Shown piece after piece: positions 51,077 through 60,538 of a stretch of DNA of 64,000 nt. Origin of the DNA: a virus; IMG/VR virus record IMGVR_UViG_3300036832_001166, positions 1 to 64,000 of that record; one strand, given 5' to 3'. The notes beneath the pieces are model-generated. The model was not told where the DNA came from, made no database searches, and saw nothing but the letters and a program-made list of their open reading frames with translations. The first letter of the stretch is position 1; the number at the start of each line of letters is the position of its first letter. The translations under genes were made by a program, and so were the position numbers.

Positions 51077-52582
51077 ATGAGTGCCACGGTCACAGCGGAC
51101 CCTTCCACTGACACGCTTGAGCTGCGGGAGGCGATGTACGCGCTCCCGCGCAGCGCCGTCGAGTTCCCGATCGAGCTGCAAGAGGCGCGTGTTCAGCGGC
51201 TCGTCGACGACGGTCTCAGCCTGGAAGAAGCAGCCGCGCGCGAGGAGCAGGAGCGCTCCAAACTGCTGCCGCTGCACATCCTGCGGCCGTGCCTCGGCAA
51301 GGGCAAGGGCCGCCACCTCTACGAGGCCAAGATGCTGGAGGAGAACGCCACCAAGTTCGCGGGCTGGCGCCAGTACATCGACCATCTCTCCCCGGAGGCT
51401 CGCCGCGCCGCCAAGGGTCTGCCCCGCTCGATCCGCGACCTGGGCGGACGGATCGTCGAGAGCTACTGGGACGGCAGCGTGCCGCCCAACCCCGACAAGG
51501 GGTTCGACCAGGGCGCCGTGGTCGGCTGGTCGCTCCCGACACCGTTCATCCGTGAGCTGGCCGAGAACGACCCCGAGCTGGTCGAGGCGTCGATCTCCGC
51601 GAACGCCACCAGCGTGCAGCCGATCATGCGCGACGGCAAGCGAGCGTGGCTGGTCGAAGGCATCGAGGACCGCGGAAGCGTTGACTGGGTGACGGAGGCG
51701 GGCGCGGGCGGCCGCGTCGTCGCGTTGATGGAAGCTGCCTACGAGGAGGACGGGATGGGACTGCTTGAGTCCATGACCGACGAGGAGTTCATCGCCTACG
51801 TCGAAGAGGTGCGCCCCCACCTGCTCACCGAGCAGTCCGACGGCGACGCCGAGGATGCGAAGGATGGTGGCGACGACGAGCTGGAGGAAATGATCGCGCG
51901 GATGATGAAGCGCAATCCCAAGCTCACCCGCGGCCAGGCCGAGGCGATGGCCAAGAAGGCTCTCGCTCAGTCGAGTTCGTCAGTGGCGGAAGCCGAGATC
52001 ACAAAGGAGACAGACATGGGTGCGATCACCCCAGAGGCGCTCCAGGAGGCTCTCCAGAGTGAGGACTCTCGCGGCGCCCTTGAGACGATCATCGGGCCGC
52101 TCGTCGAGGAGCGCGTCAAGACGCTGGTCGAGACGGCGGTGGCGGGCGAGCGAGAGCTGATCCGCGCGGAGGCGCGCGCCGACGCTGACCGGCAGCTTGA
52201 GCTGCGCGACATGCGCGACGACGCGCACCGGCAGATCAGCGAGGCCAAGCTTCCCGGAGCGTTCACGGACCGTGCCAAGGCGCTGTTCGAGATCACCGAC
52301 GACGGCCCGACGTCGACGTTGGACGTTGTCGATGACGTCGACGACGACGGCCACGTCACCAAGAAGGCGGCCGACAAGCTCCAGGAGGCGGTGGATGCCG
52401 CCGTCCAGGATCAGCGCGAGCTGCTCGCCGCGGCGAACCCGACGACCGTCCGCGGTCAGGGTCCGGGCGCTCCCGCTAAGCGCGGCGAGGACGGGGAGGA
52501 GGCGAAGAAGGGCGAGGGAACGCTCTACGGCGCCTTGCTTCAGGAAGCAGGAGTCGATCCCTCCAAGGCGTGGGACGACTGA
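51077..52582 (+). CDS. Prohead protease with C-terminal scaffolding domain
   Basis: ILRPCLG...YIDH (His), ASISA (Ser), SVDWVT.AGAGG (Asp) pattern, then an acidic helical region; sits upstream of the decoration and capsid genes. Confidence 0.8.
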   Translation: MSATVTADPSTDTLELREAMYALPRSAVEFPIELQEARVQRLVDDGLSLEEAAAREEQERSKLLPLHILRPCLGKGKGRHLYEAKMLEENATKFAGWRQYIDHLSPEARRAAKGLPRSIRDLGGRIVESYWDGSVPPNPDKGFDQGAVVGWSLPTPFIRELAENDPELVEASISANATSVQPIMRDGKRAWLVEGIEDRGSVDWVTEAGAGGRVVALMEAAYEEDGMGLLESMTDEEFIAYVEEVRPHLLTEQSDGDAEDAKDGGDDELEEMIARMMKRNPKLTRGQAEAMAKKALAQSSSSVAEAEITKETDMGAITPEALQEALQSEDSRGALETIIGPLVEERVKTLVETAVAGERELIRAEARADADRQLELRDMRDDAHRQISEAKLPGAFTDRAKALFEITDDGPTSTLDVVDDVDDDGHVTKKAADKLQEAVDAAVQDQRELLAAANPTTVRGQGPGAPAKRGEDGEEAKKGEGTLYGALLQEAGVDPSKAWDD

Positions 52583-52611
52583 GGCCATCGGTAGGCAGAA
52601 AGGAGTGACTC

Positions 52612-53010
52612 ATGCCGTATAACCGCCCAGGCCCAGGCGTCTACGTCACCAACGGCGCCACGCCCATCGCGCACGGTTCGCCGCAGTACGCCGCGGGGTT
52701 CGTCGGCGTCGCGGTCAAGCAGTTGGCGCGAGTGTGGAGCGACTCGTTCGCGGTCCAGGCACAGATCGACGCGAACGAGCCGTACTTCCTCATCACGAAG
52801 GGTGTGGTCCAGGTGTCGAACGCCGGGATCAGCGCGAACGTCAAGGGCGACACGATCTACATGACGAACGCCACCGGAGTCCTGACACCGACCGGTCCGG
52901 GGTCGGGCACCGTCTCCAAGTTCGGCCGGATCGTCGAGGTGGCCGGGCAGCGCGGCACGCCAGCAGGCAAGGTCAGGATCGACCTGGATACGAAGGACAG
53001 CTTCGTCTAG
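52612..53010 (+). CDS. Capsid decoration/cement protein (DUF2190-like)
   Basis: 132 aa between protease and capsid; GFVGVAV...ITKGV...GD.IY...FG.I pattern. Confidence 0.65.
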   Translation: MPYNRPGPGVYVTNGATPIAHGSPQYAAGFVGVAVKQLARVWSDSFAVQAQIDANEPYFLITKGVVQVSNAGISANVKGDTIYMTNATGVLTPTGPGSGTVSKFGRIVEVAGQRGTPAGKVRIDLDTKDSFV

Positions 53011-53121
53011 TTCTCAGCCGGGTCCCCCCACCCGGCTGAGTCGGCCCTCGGGCATCATCATGGGCGCGTTGCGCCTTGGCGGGGAAGCAGCGACAGATTC
53101 ATCATCCAAGGAGCAACGCAC

Positions 53122-54177
53122 ATGAACGGCAATCCATACGGGATCTTCGGGCGGCCGATCCGGCTGCTTGAGGCTTACCGCGAGTGGAGGGACGAGCGGA
53201 TGCTGGAGGAGGCCGACTCCAAGGCCGACTTCCCGTCGTTCCTGTTCGGCCCGGTCCGCCAGTCGATGTGGACCGGCTACAGCCGCGCGCAGGCACAGTA
53301 CCAGCGCTACACCCGGCAGGAGTCCGCGCCGGACTTCCGTGACCGGCGGCTGCGTGGCCTCAACGGCCTGCTCGGGATCGGCTACGTGGGCGACCACGGG
53401 CACTATCCCGGGCTGGCTCGCACGGAGCGCCCGGCGGCCCGGCTGGCGGTCGACACCTACGGTGGCGTCTACCAGATCACCCGCCAGGCGATCATCAACG
53501 ACGACAGCAACGAGCTGCTGAACCGCAACCCGGCCGACATGGGCTACGCGGCCGGGGTGTTCATCCTGCAGACCGTGATCGCGATGATCCAGAACCCCGG
53601 CAACGCGCCGGACGGCAACCCGTTCTACAGCGTCGGCCGCGGCAACCAGGTGGTCACGCCGCTGTCCGAGGACGCGATCGCGGACGCGATCGGGTTCATG
53701 GAGTCCCAGGTGGACGACGACGGCCGTCAGATCGTTGTCACGCCGAGCCTCCTGGTGGTCCGCAGCGCGCGGATGCAGATGATCGCCCAGCGGATCCTCA
53801 ACTCGACCCAGACCGGCGTCAACATCCAGTACGCGGGCGCCCCCGGGATTGGGTCCAACGTGTTCGACAAGGGCACGATCAACCCGCTGGCCGGGATCCT
53901 GCCCGCCGACGGCGTGATCCGCGACCCGTGGTTCTCGGACTCCAACGACTGGTATCTGTTCGCGGATCCGGGCGACGTTCCGGGGTTCGCGGTCGGCTTC
54001 CTCAACGGGCAGTCCGAGCCGCAGGTGATGCTCAAGGATCCGATGGTCCGGATGGCGCTCGGCGCCGGAACGGACCCGTACCAGTACGAACTCGATTCCG
54101 TCGACTTCAAGGTCCGTTCGGACTTCGGTGTCGCGCCCGTCGATCCGCGCGGCGCGTTCCGCGCCATCGTCCCCTGA
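53122..54177 (+). CDS. Major capsid protein, Mu gpT-like (HK97 fold)
   Basis: ADFPSFL, SAPDFR, TYGG...ITRQAIINDD, WYLFADP, FLNGQ.EP, FKVR.DFGV..VD.RG. Confidence 0.9.
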   Translation: MNGNPYGIFGRPIRLLEAYREWRDERMLEEADSKADFPSFLFGPVRQSMWTGYSRAQAQYQRYTRQESAPDFRDRRLRGLNGLLGIGYVGDHGHYPGLARTERPAARLAVDTYGGVYQITRQAIINDDSNELLNRNPADMGYAAGVFILQTVIAMIQNPGNAPDGNPFYSVGRGNQVVTPLSEDAIADAIGFMESQVDDDGRQIVVTPSLLVVRSARMQMIAQRILNSTQTGVNIQYAGAPGIGSNVFDKGTINPLAGILPADGVIRDPWFSDSNDWYLFADPGDVPGFAVGFLNGQSEPQVMLKDPMVRMALGAGTDPYQYELDSVDFKVRSDFGVAPVDPRGAFRAIVP

Positions 54178-54195
54178 TCGGCCCCCCAAGGGACC

Positions 54196-54230
54196 AGCGG
54201 CGGCGGCTCGGGGCCGCCGCCGCTCGTTTG
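54196..54230 (+). terminator. Terminator after the capsid gene
   Basis: AGCGGCGGCGGC-TCGGG-GCCGCCGCCGCT followed by CGTTTG. Confidence 0.65.
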
Positions 54231-54295
54231 TGACCCCCCTCCAGGGCACGGGTAGCCTTGTCGGCAGACGACCAGCCCGAAGGAGGCGACTGAAG

Positions 54296-54853
54296 GTGCC
54301 CAGAGGCAACGACGCAGACGCAGCGGGGCAGGAGATGGCAGCCCGCACGGGCCAGAACCCGAACGCTGAGACGATGATCGCGGAGAACCAGGCGCGCTGG
54401 CCCGAGCAGCTCCTCGCGGCGAACAACCGCCCGATCGACGCGGAGGCCACCGAGGAGATGAGCGAGGAGGATGCTCAGGGCCTGCTCGACGACGACAACG
54501 TCACGGTGCTCAGCTACGCGGTGCGCGGCCCGTTCGTTGTGGTCGTCTACGAGGACGCGGACGGCAACGTGTCCAAGCAGGCGTTCGCGCGCGAGGGTCA
54601 CGAGAAGCAGGCCGAGCGGCTCGCACCCAAGCGGGGGGACAAGGACGCCGAGAAGGCTGACGAGAAGTATCGCGAGCGGGCCGAGAAGCGGGCCGAGAAG
54701 CGCGCGAAGGAAGCAGAGCAGGCGGAGGAGGAGCAGGCCGAGGAGGACGGCAGCGAGGCTGAGGCGCCGCCTGCCGAGCCCCCGGCAGCCGAGGCCGCTG
54801 CGGCTGGTGCTGCGACGAGGCCTCCGGCCGGTCGCGGCGCGCGCCGCCAGTAG
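54296..54853 (+). CDS. Acidic/charged head-associated hypothetical protein
   Basis: AAGGAGG RBS then GTG 54296; lies between capsid and adaptor. Confidence 0.65.
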   Translation: MPRGNDADAAGQEMAARTGQNPNAETMIAENQARWPEQLLAANNRPIDAEATEEMSEEDAQGLLDDDNVTVLSYAVRGPFVVVVYEDADGNVSKQAFAREGHEKQAERLAPKRGDKDAEKADEKYRERAEKRAEKRAKEAEQAEEEQAEEDGSEAEAPPAEPPAAEAAAAGAATRPPAGRGARRQ

Positions 54854-54867
54854 GAGGGGGAGCGACG

Positions 54868-55452
54868 GTGAGCGTCACGCCAACGGCGGTGCTGCCGCCC
54901 ACCGTCACCGACCTGACGAGCTGGAGCCGGATCGACTTCTCGTCGCTCGACGCGCCGTACACCGACGACGATCTGGAGGTGCAGATCGTCCGCGCGACGG
55001 GGTACTTGACCGCGGTCACCGGCCGCGCGATGGACGACACGATGCCGCCCCCGCTCGTGCCGATCGCGCAGGACGCCTACCAGCTCCAGGTCGAGCAGCA
55101 GGTGTTCAAGAGCCAGCCGGACTACGTCGAGACGTCGAGCGACGATCTGATCTCGTCGTTCTCGGCGGGCAACTACTCCGAGACCCGAAAGGAGCCGGGA
55201 CGCTCGCGCTACACCGGCCTGACGACGGGCCTGCCGAACATCAACCCGGACCCGCGGCTCAACACCGACATCTGGCTGCTCTGCACTCCGCAGATGCAGG
55301 ACTACTGGCGTTTCATCCTGCAGAACCAGGGCGCGCCGACGACCGAGACCACCGAGGTTGACTGGGGCAACTACGACGGGCTGTACCCGTACAGCTACGG
55401 CGTCGGCATGTACCAGCGCGGGGTGCTCGATCCGAGCGTCTGGGGCGCGTAG
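54868..55452 (+). CDS. Head-tail adaptor/connector
   Basis: Position; RATGYL..VTGR...AY.LQVEQ...SFSAGNYSET pattern. Confidence 0.65.
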   Translation: MSVTPTAVLPPTVTDLTSWSRIDFSSLDAPYTDDDLEVQIVRATGYLTAVTGRAMDDTMPPPLVPIAQDAYQLQVEQQVFKSQPDYVETSSDDLISSFSAGNYSETRKEPGRSRYTGLTTGLPNINPDPRLNTDIWLLCTPQMQDYWRFILQNQGAPTTETTEVDWGNYDGLYPYSYGVGMYQRGVLDPSVWGA

Positions 55453-55850
55453 TGTCGCTGAACTCCGCGCTCGTTGACCGGGCCCGGCGAGTCAGCGACA
55501 CGCCAACCGGCGAGAAGGTCGAGGGCACGACCACGTTTCAGACGCTGCACGGCCCGTGGTTCAAGGTGCGGCTCACGCTGGCACCAGCGCCCGAGTCCGA
55601 CGATCCGCAGGCCGCCCGCCGACGCGTCCCGCATCCCGGGACGATCCTGTGCGGCGTCAAGGACGCCGACGGCGGCGTGGTCACGGTCAGCGCCGCGGAC
55701 CGGCTGTGGGTCGACTCCAAGGAGCTGGGCGGCGCGCTGTATGAGATCACCTCCGACGGCGAGCCGATCCGCAAGAAGCGCAAGCTGATCGGCTGGATGG
55801 CGAACATCACCCGCCTGGAGGAGCACTCCTTCACCCCGGCCGAGCTGTGA
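55452..55850 (+). CDS. Head closure (stopper) protein
   Basis: Position; beta-rich ...DRLWV...YEI..DGEP. Confidence 0.6.
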   Translation: MSLNSALVDRARRVSDTPTGEKVEGTTTFQTLHGPWFKVRLTLAPAPESDDPQAARRRVPHPGTILCGVKDADGGVVTVSAADRLWVDSKELGGALYEITSDGEPIRKKRKLIGWMANITRLEEHSFTPAEL

Positions 55851-56407
55851 CTCCCATCCTCGGCGGCAAGTACGAGGCGTACTACGTTGGGCCGACGCTC
55901 GCGGACCTGTTCGACCCCAGGCCCGCGGAGCGCGCGGCGGAGCGGATGGCCGAGAAGGGCGGCGACAAGCTGCACGACCTGGTGGTCGGGCTGACGCCGA
56001 TCAAGACCGGCAACCTGGCCACGAGCTGGTATCGAAAGCCGACGCTTGTGACCAAGAGCGTGCGGGGAACGCGGTATAGGTCGACCGTTGCGACGGACGT
56101 CGACTATGCGCCGTACGTCAACTACGGGACGGGGCTGTGGGGCCCGGAGCATCGCAAGTACCTGATCGAGCCGCATCCGCCCAACCAGATGCTGTCGTGG
56201 ATCGACCCGCTGACCGGCCGTCGCGTGTTTGCGCGCCGCGTGTGGCATCCCGGCAGTCCCGGCCATCACATGGTCGAGGAGGGCACCCAGTTCCTCGGGA
56301 CGATGCTGAACGTCACGATGGCGAGTGAGATGGAGCGGTTCAAGGGCGAGATGGAGGCGCAGGCGGTGCGTGCGCAGGCTCGGGCGAGGACGCACCGGTG
56401 GCTGTGA
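55847..56407 (+). CDS. HK97 gp10-like tail completion protein
   Basis: TPIKTGNLATSW...VDYAPYVNYGTG...V..PG..GHHM.E. Confidence 0.75.
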   Translation: MTPILGGKYEAYYVGPTLADLFDPRPAERAAERMAEKGGDKLHDLVVGLTPIKTGNLATSWYRKPTLVTKSVRGTRYRSTVATDVDYAPYVNYGTGLWGPEHRKYLIEPHPPNQMLSWIDPLTGRRVFARRVWHPGSPGHHMVEEGTQFLGTMLNVTMASEMERFKGEMEAQAVRAQARARTHRWL

Positions 56408-56961
56408 CCAGCCTCGACGTCGGCCGGACGAACACCGACGCGCTGCGCTCGGTCAAGCGCTACGTCGCCGCCGCGCTCGGCGACGCGTGGGAGGTGCGAC
56501 TGTCGCGCGAGGAGGGCGCGTTTGACCGGCCGTTCGCCCGCGTGTGGCAGGTGGCGGGCACGACCTACCCGTTGACCGGCGGCCGCTGGCTGGCTGACGT
56601 CGTGCAACCGTTCGTGATCTCCGCCTACCCGGAGGCGGGCGACACGCCCGACAACGCGCTGATCGGTGCGCAGGCAGTCGAGGAGCTGCTGTACGCCGCG
56701 TTCCGCTGCGGGGTGGCGGATGGGCGTCCGCTGCGCGTGCCGCTGTACAGCTACACGGGGGTCGCGCTCAACGGGGCGGGCAGCCCGCTGCCGCTGGCGT
56801 TCATGCGCGTCAACGACCTGTCGACGCAGCCGTTTCCCGACCCGGACGAGAACCGTCTGTGGACGGTCGTGTGCGACGTTCGGCTGACCTGGCGCAGGCT
56901 GTCGGATGCGCGTCCTGGCACCCAGCCGCTCACCGACGTGACGGTCGCGCCGACGCCCTGA
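56398..56961 (+). CDS. Tail terminator protein
   Basis: Position between the gp10-like gene and the sheath. Confidence 0.6.
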   Translation: MAVTSLDVGRTNTDALRSVKRYVAAALGDAWEVRLSREEGAFDRPFARVWQVAGTTYPLTGGRWLADVVQPFVISAYPEAGDTPDNALIGAQAVEELLYAAFRCGVADGRPLRVPLYSYTGVALNGAGSPLPLAFMRVNDLSTQPFPDPDENRLWTVVCDVRLTWRRLSDARPGTQPLTDVTVAPTP

Positions 56962-56963
56962 TT

Positions 56964-57000
56964 CATCTGTGGCCGCTCGCTTGCGGCGCCGTAGTATCGG
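56964..57000 (+). promoter_or_regulatory. Putative late promoter CATCTG-N22-TAGTATCGG
   Basis: Matches 51032-51068 in sequence and spacing. Confidence 0.5.
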
Positions 57001-57036
57001 CGGCAGCCCGTCTGAGGGCTCACAGAGAGGAGCACG

Positions 57037-57357
57037 GTGGCGGAATCAGGATCACGTCAGAGCAAGGTAACCAAGGCGGCCGCCGCTGCGGACGAGCCCA
57101 CGGTCGAGCCCACGGTCGAGCCCACGGTCGAGCCCACGACCGAGGACACGGAGGACGCGACCGCGGAGGAGGTCGAGGTCTCGGTTGCTCACCTGATTGA
57201 GGAAGGTCCAGACTTCCTGGGTCAGCCGTCCTACGTTGTAGCGGGGGCCCTGAGCGGGCACGACCCTGCCGAGGTGATGACGGTCGGCGAGGGCCGGGTC
57301 GCGGTGGAGGCGTGGCTCCAGCAGCCGGTTCAGGTCGAAGGCGACGAGGAGGGATAA
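57037..57357 (+). CDS. Small pre-sheath protein (YqzN/YkzM-like) with EPTV repeats
   Basis: (EPTV)3-EPTT at 57094-57141; C-terminal LG..S.VVAGAL...MT..E....V..WL..PV. Confidence 0.6.
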   Translation: MAESGSRQSKVTKAAAAADEPTVEPTVEPTVEPTTEDTEDATAEEVEVSVAHLIEEGPDFLGQPSYVVAGALSGHDPAEVMTVGEGRVAVEAWLQQPVQVEGDEEG

Positions 57358-57363
57358 CGACAC

Positions 57364-58878
57364 ATGCCTGGCGTCTTCTCCAAGAGTGCGCGACCGGCTC
57401 GACCGGGCGCCTACTTCGACTGGGCCTCGGTGCCCGTGTCGACCATCCTGCCGAACATCGGCTCGGTCGTGCTGGTGGCGATCACGCACGACTGGGGTCC
57501 GGCCGGGACGGTCGTGTCGTGCGGCTCGCTGGGGGACTTCCAGGCCGCGTTCGGGATGACCACCCTGATCGGCGGCGCGCCAGCGCCCGGCTACGCAGCG
57601 GTCAAGCAGTGCTTCAAGGGCGAGGGTCTTGCTGGTCGCGGCGGCGCTGGAACGGTCCTTGTCTACCGCATGGTCGGCACCAGCGGCAAGGCGGCGACGA
57701 TCACGATTCAGAACACAACGCCCGCCAATGCGCTCTCTCTCACCGCTAAGTACCCGGGCGCGTTCGGCAATCAGATCGGCTTCAAGAGCCACGTCAACGC
57801 TGCGGATGCGACGAAGAATGACCTGCAGATCTGGGTCGCCGGGCAGATGGTCGAGGTGTACACCTACACGAAGGCCACGATTTCGAGCCTGGTCACTCAG
57901 ATCAACGATCCGATCGCGGGCTCGGACTGGGTGACGGCCACGCTCATTCTCGACGGGACGGCGCTCCCGGTCACCACAACGCCGGACACGGTCACATCGC
58001 TGGCCACGGGGGACAGCGGCTCGACGCTCGTCCAGCAGGACTGGGTCAACATGACCAACGGGGTCACCGGCGCTCGCTTCTCGCTGTTCGCCGGGTACGA
58101 CGTGACCGACCCGACGACGCTGACCGCGCTGCAGGGATGGTGTTCGAACGCCAACGTGACGGGTCACCGGTTCATGATGGTCTGCGGCGGAGCGGCCAGC
58201 GACACGGCCGTCACGGCCATCGCACGCTCGGCGTCGATCGTGACGGCGTCACAGGCGGCGGGCACCAGCGGGGAGAACACGGTCAATCTCGGCGTCGGGT
58301 CGCTGTACGACTCCGACCTTGGCGCCACGCTCTCGACCTCGCAGCTTGCGCCACGAGTGGCGGGCATCCTGGCGGCGCGCGGCGAGTCGATGAGCATCAC
58401 GTTCGCGCGACTGGCGGATACGTCGGCGGGAGTGCTCCCGATCGACTCAGACGTCACGAAGTGCTTCAACGGCGGCGTTGTCGTGTTCGGTCAGGACTCC
58501 AACCCGGACTCGCCGATCCGGATCGAGAAGGGCCTGACCTGCTACATCGGCGGCGACTCCACCAAGCCGTACCTGATCTACCGTCAGCCGAAGTTCATGC
58601 GCACGATGCACGGCATCGAGCTGGACATCACCGAGTGGGCTGCGTCCAACGCGATCGGATCGCTGCAGGTCAACGACGCCACGCGCGCGTTCATCGTCGG
58701 TTACGCCCATTCGGCGATTCAGGCGCGCGCGGATCGAGGCGTGATCCAGACGGGCTTCAGTGTCGGCATCGACCCGATTCCGCCGCCGAGTGACGACGAC
58801 GAGTTCGTGGCCCTGCTCTACGGCATTGCGTTCGGCCGCTCCGTCGAGCAGATCTACAACCTCGTGTACATCAGCTAG
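57364..58878 (+). CDS. Tail sheath protein (XkdK-like)
   Basis: RPGAYF...DWGP...AKYPGAFGN.I...RVAGILA...S.TFA...IRIEKG.T...K..RTM..I..DI...EQIY. Confidence 0.9.
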   Translation: MPGVFSKSARPARPGAYFDWASVPVSTILPNIGSVVLVAITHDWGPAGTVVSCGSLGDFQAAFGMTTLIGGAPAPGYAAVKQCFKGEGLAGRGGAGTVLVYRMVGTSGKAATITIQNTTPANALSLTAKYPGAFGNQIGFKSHVNAADATKNDLQIWVAGQMVEVYTYTKATISSLVTQINDPIAGSDWVTATLILDGTALPVTTTPDTVTSLATGDSGSTLVQQDWVNMTNGVTGARFSLFAGYDVTDPTTLTALQGWCSNANVTGHRFMMVCGGAASDTAVTAIARSASIVTASQAAGTSGENTVNLGVGSLYDSDLGATLSTSQLAPRVAGILAARGESMSITFARLADTSAGVLPIDSDVTKCFNGGVVVFGQDSNPDSPIRIEKGLTCYIGGDSTKPYLIYRQPKFMRTMHGIELDITEWAASNAIGSLQVNDATRAFIVGYAHSAIQARADRGVIQTGFSVGIDPIPPPSDDDEFVALLYGIAFGRSVEQIYNLVYIS

Positions 58879-58888
58879 GAGGTGAGCG

Positions 58889-59434
58889 ATGCCTGACATC
58901 GGATCAAGCGAGGGCCTGTATCGGTTCTCGGGGATGTACGGCTACGTGATCATGGACGGCTTCGTCCGTGCCGAGATCACGAACGTCACGGCGACGATCA
59001 CGATCGCCAAGGTCGAGCTGCCGCTCGTGGGCTCCACCCGCATGGGCATCAAGCCCGGCCGGGAGACGCGCGACGGCACCTTCTCGGTGCAGAAGATCGA
59101 CACGCACTGGGAGAAGTACGTGTACAGCTACCTGTCGCAGAGCCTCGCGCAGCGGCGCGCCGCGCGTGGGACGCAAGCGGGCATGATGCGGGCGTTCGCG
59201 ATGCAGGTGTGGCTGGACGACCCGGACGCGCTCGGGTTTGAGGTGTGGCAGCTCAACGGCTGCCTCATCTGGGATCTGCCGCTTGGGTTTGACATCACCG
59301 CCGACGTCATCGACAAGCAGTTCAGCTTCGGCTGGGAGACCGAGAAGCCGCTGGAGAGCTTCGAGATCAACCAGGGTCAGACCAACCCGGCCACCGGCCA
59401 GCCCGCGGTCTCGGTGCTCGACTCGCTGAGCTGA
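58889..59434 (+). CDS. Tail tube protein (XkdM-like)
   Basis: SG.YG.V..DG...AEI...TA...DGT...K.D...LDDPDA.G.E..QL.GC...LPLGF...F.F. Confidence 0.85.
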   Translation: MPDIGSSEGLYRFSGMYGYVIMDGFVRAEITNVTATITIAKVELPLVGSTRMGIKPGRETRDGTFSVQKIDTHWEKYVYSYLSQSLAQRRAARGTQAGMMRAFAMQVWLDDPDALGFEVWQLNGCLIWDLPLGFDITADVIDKQFSFGWETEKPLESFEINQGQTNPATGQPAVSVLDSLS

Positions 59435-59438
59435 CCGG

Positions 59439-59648
59439 GTGATCGTCGATCACGAGAGAGCGTGGATGGAGATGAAGGCCTTCCTGCTCTCCAAGAACTC
59501 GCACGGACAGCGCGACCTGCTGGCGCGAATGGCGCAGATCGAGGTCGACTGCCGCGTGCCCGAGGAGTTCCGGGCGTTCGACCCCGGTCCTCTCCCGCAT
59601 AGGGAGCCCGCTACGCACGCACTCCGCGAGGTGCGGCGGCATGGCTGA
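59439..59648 (+). CDS. Small hypothetical protein (K.SHG.RDLL..M)
   Basis: 69 aa between tube and chaperone genes. Confidence 0.5.
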   Translation: MIVDHERAWMEMKAFLLSKNSHGQRDLLARMAQIEVDCRVPEEFRAFDPGPLPHREPATHALREVRRHG

Positions 59649-59693
59649 TCTGTCACACCGTCGCGAGGCCACCGGCCCCGAAGGAGTCACACC

Positions 59694-60281
59694 ATGTCTG
59701 ACACCGCCACACCGGCGCAGCCGCCCACGCCGAGGGAGCGCGAAGCTCCCCAGCCGCTGCCGCCCCCGACGGCCCTAAGGGGCCGCGAAGACCGGCCCGA
59801 CCGGCTCACGCCCGAAGTCCTGGAAGCGCTCGCCTCCGACAAGCAAGTCACCGGCAACGAGGCGCAATCCGCCCTGGACTGGTTCCTGTCTGAGGAGCCC
59901 GAGCAGGACGAGGAGCAGACACACACCATCGAGCTGAACGTCGGCGTCGGCGAGAAGGAGCACTGGATCTCGTGGGTGGTGCGCCCCATCGACTCGGACG
60001 AGCTGCGCCGGATCCAGCGCCAGACCCAGGCGTTGCGGCGCCGCGGCCGCCAGGACGATCTCGCCGTCGACCAGCTCGGCAACCTGAAGGTGATCATCGC
60101 GGGCTCAGTCGAGCCGGACATCGTGACCATCGCTCAGGAGCAGGGCAAGCAGCCGGAGTCGATCCTGCTGAAGCGGTTCATCAAGAAGCCGGGGCTGATC
60201 GCGCAGCTCGCCGGGCAGATCATGGCGCTGTCGGGGTTCGACGACGAGGACGTCCGCGACGCGCTGATCGCAAAAAACTGA
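59694..60281 (+). CDS. Tail assembly chaperone (XkdN-like), short form
   Basis: Position; KKPGLIAQLAGQIMALSGF; ends DALIAKN-stop. Confidence 0.8.
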   Translation: MSDTATPAQPPTPREREAPQPLPPPTALRGREDRPDRLTPEVLEALASDKQVTGNEAQSALDWFLSEEPEQDEEQTHTIELNVGVGEKEHWISWVVRPIDSDELRRIQRQTQALRRRGRQDDLAVDQLGNLKVIIAGSVEPDIVTIAQEQGKQPESILLKRFIKKPGLIAQLAGQIMALSGFDDEDVRDALIAKN

Positions 60282-60535
60282 TCAAGGCCGGGGGCGAAGC
60301 GCAGCTCCTGTTCCTGGCCTGGAGGTACGGCGGTGCCGATCCCTACCGGATGTACAACGGGCTCGACGAGGACTACCGGCCGCCGGGGCGCGCCGACGCG
60401 ATCCCGCATCCACCGACGTACCCGTCGCGGCTGCGTCACTTCGTCTACGGCTGCGGGCTCATGGCGCTCGACAACGAGAGCAGGCTCGCCGGAGGGAAGT
60501 CGGGTCAGAGAGTCTCGCGTGCGCTGGGAGGCTAA
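60272..60535 (+). other. -1 programmed frameshift site (A AAA AAC) and extension ORF for the long chaperone form
   Basis: Slippery heptamer at 60272-60278; the -1 frame is open to TAA 60535 (KKLIKAGGEAQLLFLAW...), ending 3 nt before the tape measure start. Confidence 0.75.
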
Positions 60536-60538
60536 GCC

